Notes: generated from the sequence alone by a model not told the origin. A stretch of DNA of 64,000 nucleotides from Minisyncoccota bacterium (GCA_041666545.1 JBAYGS010000001.1:89942-153941), one strand, 5' to 3'; shown: positions 46,831-56,781, counted from the first letter of the stretch. Made by a program: numbers and translations.

Positions 46831-46864
46831 TACATTATAATTTACGGTCGTAAATTATAATGTA
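46831..46864. repeat. perfect 16-bp inverted repeat with 2-nt spacer
   Basis: tacattataatttacg-gt-cgtaaattataatgta. The 2-nt spacer precludes a hairpin loop, so this is more likely a dimeric protein-binding site. Confidence 0.55.
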
Positions 46865-47053
46865 TGGGGGTAGGTCGGGAGCTAAAGTTTTGGTTTTAAT
46901 GACCCCCTCCCCGGCCTCCGCCAAGCCTCCGACCGGGGTTTCCTTTCAAGGCATCAGAATGATTACGGCTTAGCACATCAGAATGCGCTAAGCCGTTGCC
47001 CATTCAGCCCCGCCCTAGAGGGGGAAGAGTCGGACGGGGTTTCCTGGGATTGA

Positions 47054-47085
47054 AAAAACTCCGAGGCGACCCGCTTCGGAGTTTG
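47054..47085 (-). terminator. intrinsic terminator for minus-strand lipoprotein gene
   Basis: ctccgag-gcgacccgc-ttcggag with T6 on the minus strand. Confidence 0.6.
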
Positions 47086-47092
47086 TTGCAGA

Positions 47093-47479
47093 TTATTCGA
47101 TTACCGTGGTACTGCCGGCGCGCCCCTTAGTACCCTGCCAGCCCGAACCGTTGACCTCGGACAGAGAGCGGAGATGAATCTCCATTTCCTCGGCCATTCC
47201 CATCCTGTTCATTTTAATCTTGACCCACATACTATCCTCCGGCCGGACATCGACAATAAACCGAGCCCGCTGACGGCGCAGGTAGAAGTCCCTGAGGACA
47301 TAGCTATTCGTGCCTTGCTCAACTAAAAACGAGAAGTGGGTTCCCGTATGCATAAAGACTTTTTCGACACGACCCTGCTCAATCCGCGTATTTTCACCGT
47401 TCGAGTCGTTGCAGGCTGGCAAGAGTAGCAACAGACTTAAAAGACTGGCACCGATAAGAATATTCCATATTTTTTTCAT
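47093..47479 (-). CDS. lipoprotein
   Basis: MKKIWNILIGASLLSLLLLLPAC, signal peptide with lipobox. The ORF is open to 47533. Confidence 0.5.
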   Translation of the reverse strand: MKKIWNILIGASLLSLLLLLPACNDSNGENTRIEQGRVEKVFMHTGTHFSFLVEQGTNSYVLRDFYLRRQRARFIVDVRPEDSMWVKIKMNRMGMAEEMEIHLRSLSEVNGSGWQGTKGRAGSTTVIE

Positions 47480-47588
47480 AATAAGTACTCTCCATTTCTC
47501 TCCATATTTTGCATGACACAGTGTTTTTGTCAACCCTTGAAATTAAAAACCAGCAGGGGAGCGTGAGCTCCTCTGCTGGTCGAGGCGA

Positions 47589-47990
47589 CTATGCCCCCTC
47601 TAGGTATTTGACGGACCACGTCGGCCTGCCGTGGTCTTCACAGACCGGACGACCCCGGCATATGGCTGATGGCCGGTTGCCATTTTGTACGTGACATTCT
47701 GGCACCCAGTGCCAGACATCAGAGCAAACCGGATGATCAACCCACCAACGTTCCCAGTGACCGCCAAGAAGTCGGCGGACGATTCTGAGCTTGGGGAGTT
47801 GCAGGAAGAAGAACAGCAATCGGAGGAACCCCCTCCAAATGCCGAGCAACTTCCGGCCGGAAGAGATCTGCGGATTCCCCCGACGATGATGTTCGTGCCA
47901 CTCCATAACCAGAGCGGCGATAAGCCACCCCAGCACACAAGACACTACTAGGGTAACCCATAGCTCTGCGACTCCAACTAATGTTTTCAT
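47589..47990 (-). CDS. hypothetical small membrane protein
   Basis: N-terminal TM helix, Trp-rich, GC-rich segment. It overlaps a plus-strand ORF of similar length, so coding status is uncertain. Confidence 0.2.
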   Translation of the reverse strand: MKTLVGVAELWVTLVVSCVLGWLIAALVMEWHEHHRRGNPQISSGRKLLGIWRGFLRLLFFFLQLPKLRIVRRLLGGHWERWWVDHPVCSDVWHWVPECHVQNGNRPSAICRGRPVCEDHGRPTWSVKYLEGA

Positions 47991-48279
47991 AACTTTTCCT
48001 TAAGTTAGTTTGCGGCCAATTCTATGCCGTCCGTATCAGAGTCTCGGATGACTCATGGCTTGTCGCTAATTATGATAGAGCGACACGCAAAGAGTTGACC
48101 ACACAGTGACCAACCCGACATCGCCGGCCTTTTCTCTCCGGCGATACCAAATTCCTATAATTCATAAGTAGGGAGCTGGTATCGCTAGAGAGAGTTTTAA
48201 AGATCAATTTTGGCTATTATAGCATAAACGGTGTACTTTGTCAATCATTGGCAGCCCTATCGGATATGCTAATATACAG

Positions 48280-48465
48280 GAAAGCATTGATGCCTAAAAC
48301 AAGGCGGAGCTTGGGGAAGAAAGGGTACAAATACCTGATTAGACCCTCACGGGTGGCCCGTTAAAGCCTAAAAGAGAAATAAGCGAGGTGGTACCGCGGC
48401 GAATCATCGCACGCCCTTGCAAGAACGAAAATCGTTTCGTTTTTGCAAGGGCGTTTTATTTTATA
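48280..48465 (+). promoter_or_regulatory. T-box riboswitch leader upstream of class IIb aaRS
   Basis: AAAUAAGCGAGGUGGUACCGCGG at 48375-48398 matches the T-box consensus (bulge UGGU). Terminator cgcccttgcaa...ttgcaagggcg plus ttttatttt at 48412-48460, 22 nt before the ATG. Confidence 0.65.
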
Positions 48466-48487
48466 TTATTAACTATTCACCATTAAC

Positions 48488-49816
48488 ATGGAAAGAGCAT
48501 ACATCAAGGACTTAAAAACCAAGGTAGGCGAGGAAGTTACAATCGCCGGTTTTGTCGATATCAGGCGAGATCACGGCAAGCTGATTTTTATGGATTTGCG
48601 AGATGTCACCGGCAAAGTTCAGATGGTAATTTTGCCAAACCATAAGGAGGCGCAAGAGGTGGCAAAGGAATCGCGGCCGGAGTGGGTACTGGAAATCAAG
48701 GGCAAGGTGAACGCCCGGCCCGAGAAAATGATTAACAAGGATGAGCTTAATGGGACAATTGAAATTGAGGCGCTTGAAGTAAAGGTGCTCGGCAAAGCCC
48801 AAGAATTGCCGTTTGAAAAAAATACTGAAGTTAACATCGACACTTATCTCGACAACCTACCTTTCACCTTGCGCAAGGATCGCTCCCGAGCCATCTTCAA
48901 AGTTCAGTCACAAATCATGAAGAGTTTTCGCAATTATTTTATGAGCGAGGGCTTCATTGAATTTCAGGCCCCAAAGCTTATCGGTGACGATGCTGAAGGT
49001 GGAGCCAACTCTTTTGACATTACCTACTTCAAGCATGTGGCCCACTTGGCGCAAAGCCCACAGCTTTACAAACAAATTATGGTGGGAGTTTTTGAGCGAG
49101 TTTTCACTTCCGGCAACGTCTACCGAGCCGAGAAGCACAGTACCACTCGCCACTTAAACGAGTACACCTCGCTCGATATTGAAATGGGCTTCATCAAAGA
49201 CCACACAGATGTGATGCTGACCGAGACTGGCTTCCTCCAAAAATTGGAGGCTGACTTACAGGCCAACTGCGCCGGTGAGTTCGCCACCTTGAAAGCCGAA
49301 ATTCCAAGAGTACCAAAAGAAATTCCGGCTCTGTCTTTGCGAGAGGCCCAGAAATTGATTACCAAGGAGACCGGTAAGGATTGCACCCATGAGCCGGATC
49401 TCGAGCCGGAGCATGAAAGATGGCTCTGTGAATATGCCAAAAAAGAGTTTGGTTCAGATTTTATCTTCGTCACCAATTTCCCGACTGCTAAAAGGCCTTT
49501 TTACACCTATCGAGATGAGAAAGACCCGACCTACACCAAAGGCTTCGACCTTTTGTTCAGGGGAGTGGAAATTACGACCGGTGCCCAGCGAATCCACGAC
49601 TATGACGCTCTGGTTTCTTCGATGAAAGAGAAAGGATTAAATCCGGAGAAATTTGCTTTCTACCTTCAGGCCTTCAAATACGGCATGCCGCCGCACGGTG
49701 GTTTCGGCTTGGGCTTGGAGAGATTGACCCAAAAAATGCTTGGCTTGGACAACGTGAAAGAAGCTACTCTTTTCCCACGAGACCTAAACCGAATTGACGT
49801 CCGATTGTCGGAGTAG
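48488..49816 (+). CDS. aspartyl/asparaginyl-tRNA synthetase, archaeal-type class IIb (Asp vs Asn not resolved)
   Basis: N-terminal OB fold, QSPQLYKQ, FRAE and GGFGLGLERL motifs. 442 aa. Confidence 0.8.
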   Translation: MERAYIKDLKTKVGEEVTIAGFVDIRRDHGKLIFMDLRDVTGKVQMVILPNHKEAQEVAKESRPEWVLEIKGKVNARPEKMINKDELNGTIEIEALEVKVLGKAQELPFEKNTEVNIDTYLDNLPFTLRKDRSRAIFKVQSQIMKSFRNYFMSEGFIEFQAPKLIGDDAEGGANSFDITYFKHVAHLAQSPQLYKQIMVGVFERVFTSGNVYRAEKHSTTRHLNEYTSLDIEMGFIKDHTDVMLTETGFLQKLEADLQANCAGEFATLKAEIPRVPKEIPALSLREAQKLITKETGKDCTHEPDLEPEHERWLCEYAKKEFGSDFIFVTNFPTAKRPFYTYRDEKDPTYTKGFDLLFRGVEITTGAQRIHDYDALVSSMKEKGLNPEKFAFYLQAFKYGMPPHGGFGLGLERLTQKMLGLDNVKEATLFPRDLNRIDVRLSE

Positions 49817-50425
49817 ACTTTCGGTAAAAACTCTTGAAGAAAGCGGAGCAGCTAAAACTGATTCGAGTCGGCGCAAGGAGCAGGTCAGATCGTCCTGAAT
49901 CCTGCAGGTGGTTTTGACTTTCACAATTGCTTCAATCTGCCGATAATAGGAAAGTTTACGCTCAATGGAAGCGCCGAATTTCTTCCAAATCTGTGGCCCG
50001 CACTTCTCATAAGTTGCGACCAGTGAATCCAAATTCTGAATTGTGTCCGCTGCTGAAATCAAAACTGCACCCTCGGTGGCAGAGGACAACCTCGCCAGGT
50101 AACCGGCCTTACGCTCTTGCCAACTTTCCTTGAAGCAACCGCTCGCATCGGCGGTCCGTTTTTCCGTCACACTATCAACTAAATCTGCCACACCTTGCCC
50201 AAATTCTCGAGTCAGATAGTCGATTGAATAACTGAAATTATCTTCAACCGTATCGTGAAGCAGGGCGGCGCAAAGTAAATCCTCATTTTCAGTGTATTGT
50301 GAAAGAATCAGCATCACCGCAAAAGGATGAACGACGTAGGGTAGATCAAGGCCTACTCGCTTGAAGTCGCGATGGGCAAGCGCCGAGACATCGATGGCCT
50401 TTTGAATTTTGGGTGTAAAAATCAT
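49784..50425 (-). CDS. HD-domain (p)ppGpp hydrolase-like protein (RelA/SpoT hydrolase-only, Mesh1-like)
   Basis: HRDFKRVGLDLPYVVHPFAVMLIL...AALLHDTVED is the HD motif arrangement of SpoT-type hydrolases. 213 aa. Confidence 0.55.
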   Translation of the reverse strand: MIFTPKIQKAIDVSALAHRDFKRVGLDLPYVVHPFAVMLILSQYTENEDLLCAALLHDTVEDNFSYSIDYLTREFGQGVADLVDSVTEKRTADASGCFKESWQERKAGYLARLSSATEGAVLISAADTIQNLDSLVATYEKCGPQIWKKFGASIERKLSYYRQIEAIVKVKTTCRIQDDLTCSLRRLESVLAAPLSSRVFTESLLRQSDVNSV

Positions 50426-50653
50426 AAGAACTATTTTTGATTAGAATTTTGAGAAAAAAATACATCCGCCGGAGCGGAGGGAAGTAGTAGTATAACAAAG
50501 AGAAAATCCAAAACTCAAAAAAACTGTGGACAACCCCGTGCCCAAGGTGGGGAATAATCAGGCACCAAGAAACAATAACCAAGGATAGAGAAAAGAGGTA
50601 TGGGAAATAATCAATATCTTGAGGAAATGGCCTTTTTGGGTTATATTTCAAGG

Positions 50654-51385
50654 ATGATTGGCGCAACCTATCAGGTGAAAACCGCTGTTTTTGAAGGCCC
50701 TTTAGACCTGCTCCTGCAATTGATTGAGAAGCGTAAGCTGCTGATTAATGATATCGCCCTTTCGAAAGTAGCTGACGACTATATTGCCTATATTAAAGGC
50801 CTGGGACAATTTCCGGTCGGGGAGGCGGCCCACTTTGTCCTGATTGCTTCGACACTTTTGCTTATCAAGTCGAAATCGCTTCTGCCGACCCTGGAGCTAA
50901 CCGAAGAAGAGCGGGGTGACATCAGAGATTTGGAATTGCGACTTAAGATTTATCAACGCTTCAAAGCCTTGGCAACCATGATTCGGCCCAAACTTGGAGC
51001 CACACCATTATTTTTATCAGAGCCTCGACCAACAGCTCCGATTTTTTCGCCAAGCGCCGACATTACTCTGGAATCCTTGCTTGGCGCCATTCATAACACC
51101 CTACAAAACTTGCCAAAGAAGCAATTTGTACCCAAGGCGGTTGTCGACAAAGTTATCAGCCTTGAAGAAATGATCGGCAACCTAACCCAACGAATCAGTA
51201 GGAATCTGAAAATGAGCTTTAAGGAATTCTCCGGTTTCGGCAAAGCCGGGAAAGTTAATATCATCGTCGGTTTTTTGGCAATGCTCGAGCTCGTCAAGCA
51301 GGGTAGCATCCAGGTCAGACAAGAAAGACAGTTCGATGACATTTTTATGGAGACCAATCACGTCGGCTTACCAACTTATAATTAA
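50654..51385 (+). CDS. scpA: segregation and condensation protein A
   Basis: VFEGPLDLLLQLIEKRKLLINDIAL is the ScpA N-terminus. The ORF is open from 50600. Confidence 0.75.
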   Translation: MIGATYQVKTAVFEGPLDLLLQLIEKRKLLINDIALSKVADDYIAYIKGLGQFPVGEAAHFVLIASTLLLIKSKSLLPTLELTEEERGDIRDLELRLKIYQRFKALATMIRPKLGATPLFLSEPRPTAPIFSPSADITLESLLGAIHNTLQNLPKKQFVPKAVVDKVISLEEMIGNLTQRISRNLKMSFKEFSGFGKAGKVNIIVGFLAMLELVKQGSIQVRQERQFDDIFMETNHVGLPTYN

Positions 51386-51389
51386 TCAA

Positions 51390-51998
51390 ATGGAAAAGGA
51401 AACTCTAAACTTAATCGAGGCAGTCTTGTTTTGGCAAAGCGAGCCGATCACTGTCAAAAAACTGGCCGGCATGGTCAAAGTTTCCATTCCTGAACTCGAA
51501 AGCCGGCTCGCCGAACTTGCAACCAACCTGGAAACTCGTGGTGTTCGACTGGTGAGGAAAGACGACGAAGTCACACTCGCCACCGCACCCAATGCTTCGA
51601 CCCTGATTCAAGAGCTGACTAAAGAAGAGCTGACACGAGAACTTGGTAAGGCCGGTCTCGAGACTTTGGCGATTGTGCTATATCAAGGACCGATTACCAG
51701 ATCAGAAATTGATTATGTTAGAGGTGTCAATTCAAGTTTTATCTTAAGAAATCTCTCAATCCGAGGCTTAGTTGAAAGAATCAGCGATCCCAAAGATGAG
51801 CGCCGCTTCTTGTATCGACCAACCTTCGAATTGCTAACCCTCTTGGGTATCAGCAAAATCAGTGACTTACCTGAATACGGGGCGGTCAAAAAGGAACTTG
51901 AGGCCTTTCAAACTGAAAAGGCGACAAGTGAGGGTAAGCTCGAAGCGCCCGAGCAGGCGAGCCATCAGGATGAGAACAACCAAAATGCCACCCAGTAA
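51390..51998 (+). CDS. scpB: segregation and condensation protein B
   Basis: LIEAVLFWQSEPITVKKLAGMV and two winged-helix repeats. Follows scpA. Confidence 0.75.
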   Translation: MEKETLNLIEAVLFWQSEPITVKKLAGMVKVSIPELESRLAELATNLETRGVRLVRKDDEVTLATAPNASTLIQELTKEELTRELGKAGLETLAIVLYQGPITRSEIDYVRGVNSSFILRNLSIRGLVERISDPKDERRFLYRPTFELLTLLGISKISDLPEYGAVKKELEAFQTEKATSEGKLEAPEQASHQDENNQNATQ

Positions 51999-52983
51999 TC
52001 AAAACTACATAATTTTCTGGAAAAAATACTACCCGACAATTTTTTCGGTGGCGGTTATTTTAATTATTTTTGCGATTATCCGAGGTCTCATCAGTTATTC
52101 GGAAATTAAAGTTGCAGAAGAGAAAACCAAGGTCGAGCTAATCGCCAAACAAGAAGCCGCCAACCCTTTCAAGTCAATTGAGCTCGGGGCCAGGGCAGCC
52201 TATGTCTTCGACCTTACGACCGGCAGGGAGATTTTCAGTAAGAACGCCGAGGCGCAACTGCCTTTGGCTTCGCTCACGAAAACCATGGCGGCAATCGTCG
52301 CTCTCGAGGCGGTACCAGATTTTACAAATATTAGAATTAGCAACTCTTCACTTCGAGAAGAAGGGGACAGTGGCCTTAAAGTCGGGGAGGACTGGCCACT
52401 TCGCAAAATTCTAGGTTTTTCACTTACCGCCTCATCAAATGACGGAGTAAGAGCCATCGCCGAGACCATCGGCGAACAGGCACTAAACCAAAACCAAACT
52501 GCCGATTTATCCGATCGAGGTAAATTTGTTAACCTGATGAATCAGAAGTCAAATACCCTCGGACTGTCCCAAACCTTTTTCCTCAACGAAACCGGACTTG
52601 ATGTAAGCAGTAGCACAAGTGGCGCCTATGGCTCTGCGCGGGATGTCGCCAAACTGTTTGGCTATGCCCTAAACAGACATGCAGATGTTTTTCTGGATAC
52701 CGGTTATCCTGATTTTTCTGTTAAAATTAATGATGGTATCCATATCGCGAAAAATACCAACAAAATCGTTTCGGAAATTAGCGGCCTCGTCGCCTCTAAG
52801 ACCGGCTTCACCGATTTGGCCGGCGGCAACTTGGTAATCGCTTTCGATGCCGGCCTGATGCACCCGGTCATTGTTTCCATTTTGGGATCAACTGAAACCG
52901 GCCGGTTCGATGACGCACTGGCGCTTGTCAAATCCGCCATTGAGTATCTCGGAGACCACGAACCTAGAGTAAACTCTAAATAA
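51970..52983 (+). CDS. D-alanyl-D-alanine carboxypeptidase (PBP5-like)
   Basis: SLTK (SxxK), SSND (SxN) and SKTGFT (KTG) motifs, with an N-terminal TM. The ORF is open from 51862 overlapping scpB; start taken near MRTTKMPPSNQ. Confidence 0.65.
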   Translation: MRTTKMPPSNQNYIIFWKKYYPTIFSVAVILIIFAIIRGLISYSEIKVAEEKTKVELIAKQEAANPFKSIELGARAAYVFDLTTGREIFSKNAEAQLPLASLTKTMAAIVALEAVPDFTNIRISNSSLREEGDSGLKVGEDWPLRKILGFSLTASSNDGVRAIAETIGEQALNQNQTADLSDRGKFVNLMNQKSNTLGLSQTFFLNETGLDVSSSTSGAYGSARDVAKLFGYALNRHADVFLDTGYPDFSVKINDGIHIAKNTNKIVSEISGLVASKTGFTDLAGGNLVIAFDAGLMHPVIVSILGSTETGRFDDALALVKSAIEYLGDHEPRVNSK

Positions 52984-52989
52984 GACTAA

Positions 52990-54063
52990 ATGATAATCGA
53001 CATCGTAAAAATTTTTATTCCGGCCGCACTTTCCTTCATCATCGGAATTTTACTGACCCCATCTCTAACCGCCATTTTGTATCGAAAGGAAATGTGGAAA
53101 AAAAAGGCCAAGACCGTCTCTTTTGACGGCAGTAGCACGCCAATTTTTAATAAGCTTCACCAGGTCCGCGAGACCAGCACACCCCGATTAGGTGGCATCA
53201 TTATTTGGGGCTCAACTGCCATTACGGTAATTTTCATTTGGCTTTTGGCTCGGTTTTTCCCTTCGGACTTTACGCAAAAATTGGACTTTTTAAGTCGCTC
53301 ACAAACCTGGGTACCGCTCTTTGCGATGGTTTTCGGCGGCCTGGTCGGCTGGGTCGATGACCTTTTGGACATCCGTGGCACCGGTGATCATATTGCCGGC
53401 GGGCTCTCATTGAAGAAACGCCTCTTGATTGTCGGCTTCGTCGCCTTGCTATCGGCCCTCTGGTTTTACTTTAAGCTCGGCATCACTTCAATCGGTCTCC
53501 CGTTTGGTGGGGAATTGCAGATTGGCTGGCTCTTCGTGCCACTCTTTGTTATTGTTGCGGCCGCCATCTACTCTGGCGGTATCATCGATGGGCTCGATGG
53601 TTTGGCCGGTGGAATTTTTGCGGCAATTTTTGCCGCCTACGCCGGCATTGCTTTCTACCAGCAACAAATCAACTTGGCGGCTTTTTGCGTGACGATCGTC
53701 GGCGCCATTCTCGCTTTCCTTTGGTTCAATATCCCGCCGGCGCGATTTTATATGTCCGAGACCGGTAGCATGGCCCTGACGATTACCCTCACGATTGTGG
53801 CGTTTATGACAGACGCAGTTGGTGAAGGGCACGGACTGATTGTTTTGCCAATTATCGCCTTTCCACTCGTCATTACCACAGCCTCTGTTATTATCCAGTA
53901 TATATCAAAAAAATTCCGAAATGGGAAAAAAGTTTTTCTGGTCGCGCCTTTGCATCACCACTTCGAGGCGCTCGGTTGGCCGGCCTATAAAGTCACCATG
54001 CGCTACTGGGTTTTAGGTGTCGTCTTTGCCATTATCGGTCTAATCCTCGGACTAATTGGCTAG
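52990..54063 (+). CDS. mraY: phospho-N-acetylmuramoyl-pentapeptide transferase
   Basis: APLHHHFE motif, 10 TM helices, DD motifs. Confidence 0.9.
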   Translation: MIIDIVKIFIPAALSFIIGILLTPSLTAILYRKEMWKKKAKTVSFDGSSTPIFNKLHQVRETSTPRLGGIIIWGSTAITVIFIWLLARFFPSDFTQKLDFLSRSQTWVPLFAMVFGGLVGWVDDLLDIRGTGDHIAGGLSLKKRLLIVGFVALLSALWFYFKLGITSIGLPFGGELQIGWLFVPLFVIVAAAIYSGGIIDGLDGLAGGIFAAIFAAYAGIAFYQQQINLAAFCVTIVGAILAFLWFNIPPARFYMSETGSMALTITLTIVAFMTDAVGEGHGLIVLPIIAFPLVITTASVIIQYISKKFRNGKKVFLVAPLHHHFEALGWPAYKVTMRYWVLGVVFAIIGLILGLIG

Positions 54064-54065
54064 GT

Positions 54066-55160
54066 ATGCGCGATAAACCTCTCGACAAACCTTTTTTAGT
54101 TGCGGTTTTCCTGCTTGCAGCTGTCGGCCTTTTGATTTTCATTTCTGCCTCGATGGGGCTACTCGCGAGAACCGGGGCAAGTTTTAGCAGTACCGCCTTT
54201 AACCAAATTGTCTTCGGACTGGTCTTTGGCTCTATCGCCGCCTATCTCACTTCAAGATTAAATTACAAATTCTGGCGAACTTACGCTTTTTATATCTTTC
54301 TCGGCTCGCTGCTTGTGAGCCTGCTGGTCTATGTTCCAGGACTCGGTTTCAGTCATGGGGGAGCCACCCGTTGGATAATTGTTGCCGGAATTTCCTTCCA
54401 GCCGGCCGAGCTGATTAAAATCGGCTTCATCATTTATTTTGCCGCCTGGCTATCCGGTGTGAAGGAGAAGATAAAATTATTCAGGTTTGGCATGTTGCCA
54501 TTTTTGATTATTGTCGGGCTTGTCGGGGCCATCCTCTTGGCCCAGCCAGACACCGACACTTTTATGGTTATTTTTGCTGCCGGCTTGGCAATGTTTATTT
54601 CGGAAGGTGGCCGTTTTAGAGATATCCTCATTCTGGGAATTTTATCACTCCTTGCCATCGGTCTCCTCGCGATGCAGCGACCATATTTGATGTCACGGAT
54701 TACAGTCTTTTTAAACCCGGCCAGCGACCCTTTGGGTGCCGGCTATCAGATCCAGCAGTCCTTAATCGCCATTGGGTCGGGCCAAATCACGGGGCGCGGT
54801 TTCGGACAGAGTATTCAAAAATTTAACTTCTTACCAGAACCGATTGGGGACTCGATTTTCGCGGTAGCCGGAGAAGAATTTGGCTTCGTGGGGACAGTCT
54901 CGCTTTTACTTCTATTTTTGTACTTTACTTTGCGTGGGCTTAAAATCGGAACCCAAGCACCGGACGCCTTCAGTAGACTCGTAGTGGTCGGCATTGTTAT
55001 ACTTATCATTATCCAAGCCTATCTGAACATCGGCGCGATGCTTGGTCTTCTGCCACTTTCCGGAATTACTCTACCTTTCGTGAGTCACGGCGGCACAGCA
55101 CTCTTCTTTGTCCTGGCAGAAATTGGAATTATTTTGAACATTTCTAGATATAGTAAGTAG
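54066..55160 (+). CDS. ftsW: SEDS-family peptidoglycan glycosyltransferase FtsW/RodA
   Basis: Polytopic; conserved GFQPAE, ITLPFVSHGG and ALFF blocks. Confidence 0.85.
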   Translation: MRDKPLDKPFLVAVFLLAAVGLLIFISASMGLLARTGASFSSTAFNQIVFGLVFGSIAAYLTSRLNYKFWRTYAFYIFLGSLLVSLLVYVPGLGFSHGGATRWIIVAGISFQPAELIKIGFIIYFAAWLSGVKEKIKLFRFGMLPFLIIVGLVGAILLAQPDTDTFMVIFAAGLAMFISEGGRFRDILILGILSLLAIGLLAMQRPYLMSRITVFLNPASDPLGAGYQIQQSLIAIGSGQITGRGFGQSIQKFNFLPEPIGDSIFAVAGEEFGFVGTVSLLLLFLYFTLRGLKIGTQAPDAFSRLVVVGIVILIIIQAYLNIGAMLGLLPLSGITLPFVSHGGTALFFVLAEIGIILNISRYSK

Positions 55161-55200
55161 TTAGTAGTAAGTAGTAAGTAGGAAATGCAGAATAGCGGAA

Positions 55201-55578
55201 ATGGAAAAAAGTTATAAAAAACTTATTGTGTGGCAAAAAGGAGTTGACCTGGTGACAGAGATTTATGCACTTACCGCGAAACTGCCCAGGTCAGAAACCT
55301 ACGGATTAATTTCACAAATCCAACGATCCGCCGTCTCGATTCCGTCAAATATAACTGAAGGAAGCCGGCGACGGAGCAAGAAGGATTTTCAGCACTTCCT
55401 AAGTATTTCCTTTGGCTCAGGGTCAGAACTTGAAACACAAATTGAAATCTTAAGACGCTTGCCTTTTGGTAAAAATCTAAAGTATGAGAAAATTGATTCA
55501 TTGCTAACCGAAATCATGAAAATGCTTAATGTGATGGTGTATGGGAGCAAAATTCATTCTGAACCTACTAACTACTAA
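55201..55578 (+). CDS. four-helix-bundle protein (23S rRNA intervening-sequence protein family)
   Basis: LIVWQKGVDLVTEIYALTAKLPRSETYGLISQIQRSAVSIPSNITEG is the family signature. Flanked by imperfect inverted AGTAGT-type repeats at 55151-55181 and 55566-55599. Confidence 0.8.
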   Translation: MEKSYKKLIVWQKGVDLVTEIYALTAKLPRSETYGLISQIQRSAVSIPSNITEGSRRRSKKDFQHFLSISFGSGSELETQIEILRRLPFGKNLKYEKIDSLLTEIMKMLNVMVYGSKIHSEPTNY

Positions 55579-55601
55579 CTACTTACTACTAACTACTAGC
55601 T

Positions 55602-56729
55602 ATGAAAATTCTATTTACAGGCGGCGGTACGGGCGGACACTTTTACCCAATCATCGCCGTCGCTGAAGCCCTTAACAAAATTGCCAAGGATGAGAAACTG
55701 CTAGAGGCCAGTCTGTACTTTATGTCGAATGCGCCTTACAACGAACGCGCTCTGCTCGATAATCAAATCACCTTTGTCCAAAGTCCGGCCGGCAAAGTCC
55801 GACGCTATTTTTCACTGTTAAATTTTTTTGATTTGTTCAAAACAGCTTTCGGGGTTCTCAAGGCCACCATCATTATTTTTAGAATTTTTCCTGATGTTAT
55901 TTTCGGTAAAGGTGGTTATACCAGTTTTCCGGCACTCTTCGCCGGCCGACTGCTCGGTATTCCGGTCATGATCCACGAGTCAGACAGCTCGCCGGGCCGA
56001 GTCAACAAATGGGCAGGGAAGTTCGCCAAGCGAATTGCCGTCTCATATCCCGAAGCCGGTGAATTTTTTGACCAAGAAAAAGTTGCTTACACCGGCAACC
56101 CCGTTCGAGCCGAGATTGTCACCCCAACCACGGCCGGAGTTTTCGAATATTGGCAATTTTCACCGACCCTGCCGGTCATCATGATTCTCGGCGGTTCACA
56201 GGGCGCTTCCGCTATTAATGATGTCATTTTGGATGCCTTGCCAGATTTATTGGCCAGCTACCAGATTATTCATCAGACCGGCAAGGAGAAATTTGAGGAG
56301 GTCAGGGCTACTGCCGAATCAATTCTCAAGGACAATACTTACAAAAATCGCTACAAGCCATTACCTTATGTAAACGACTTAGCAATGCGAATGGGCGCCG
56401 GCGCTGCCAAGCTGATAATCTCTCGAGCCGGTTCAACAATTTTTGAAATTGCCATTTGGGGAATTCCAAGTATCATCGTGCCGATACCGGAGTCAATTTC
56501 CCACGACCAGAAAAGCAACGCTTTCGCTTATGCCAAAAGTGGGGGAGCGTTAGTCATTGAAGAGGAGAATTTTTCCACCCACTTGCTAGTTTCCGAAATT
56601 AACCGCCTATTTGGGAACCCGGGTATTTTAAAAAATATGTCGATAGGCGCCAAAGCTTTTGCTAGACCCGACGCCGCCGATAAAATCGCCCGAGAACTTA
56701 TTCGAATTGGTCTCTCCCACGAAAAATAA
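55602..56729 (+). CDS. murG: UDP-N-acetylglucosamine--N-acetylmuramyl-(pentapeptide) pyrophosphoryl-undecaprenol N-acetylglucosamine transferase
   Basis: GGGTGGHFYP N-terminal motif, GT-B fold. Confidence 0.9.
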   Translation: MKILFTGGGTGGHFYPIIAVAEALNKIAKDEKLLEASLYFMSNAPYNERALLDNQITFVQSPAGKVRRYFSLLNFFDLFKTAFGVLKATIIIFRIFPDVIFGKGGYTSFPALFAGRLLGIPVMIHESDSSPGRVNKWAGKFAKRIAVSYPEAGEFFDQEKVAYTGNPVRAEIVTPTTAGVFEYWQFSPTLPVIMILGGSQGASAINDVILDALPDLLASYQIIHQTGKEKFEEVRATAESILKDNTYKNRYKPLPYVNDLAMRMGAGAAKLIISRAGSTIFEIAIWGIPSIIVPIPESISHDQKSNAFAYAKSGGALVIEEENFSTHLLVSEINRLFGNPGILKNMSIGAKAFARPDAADKIARELIRIGLSHEK

Positions 56730-56781
56730 TCTAACCGGCAGGCAGCCTTAAAACTACGCGATTTTCTGCTATAATAGATTT

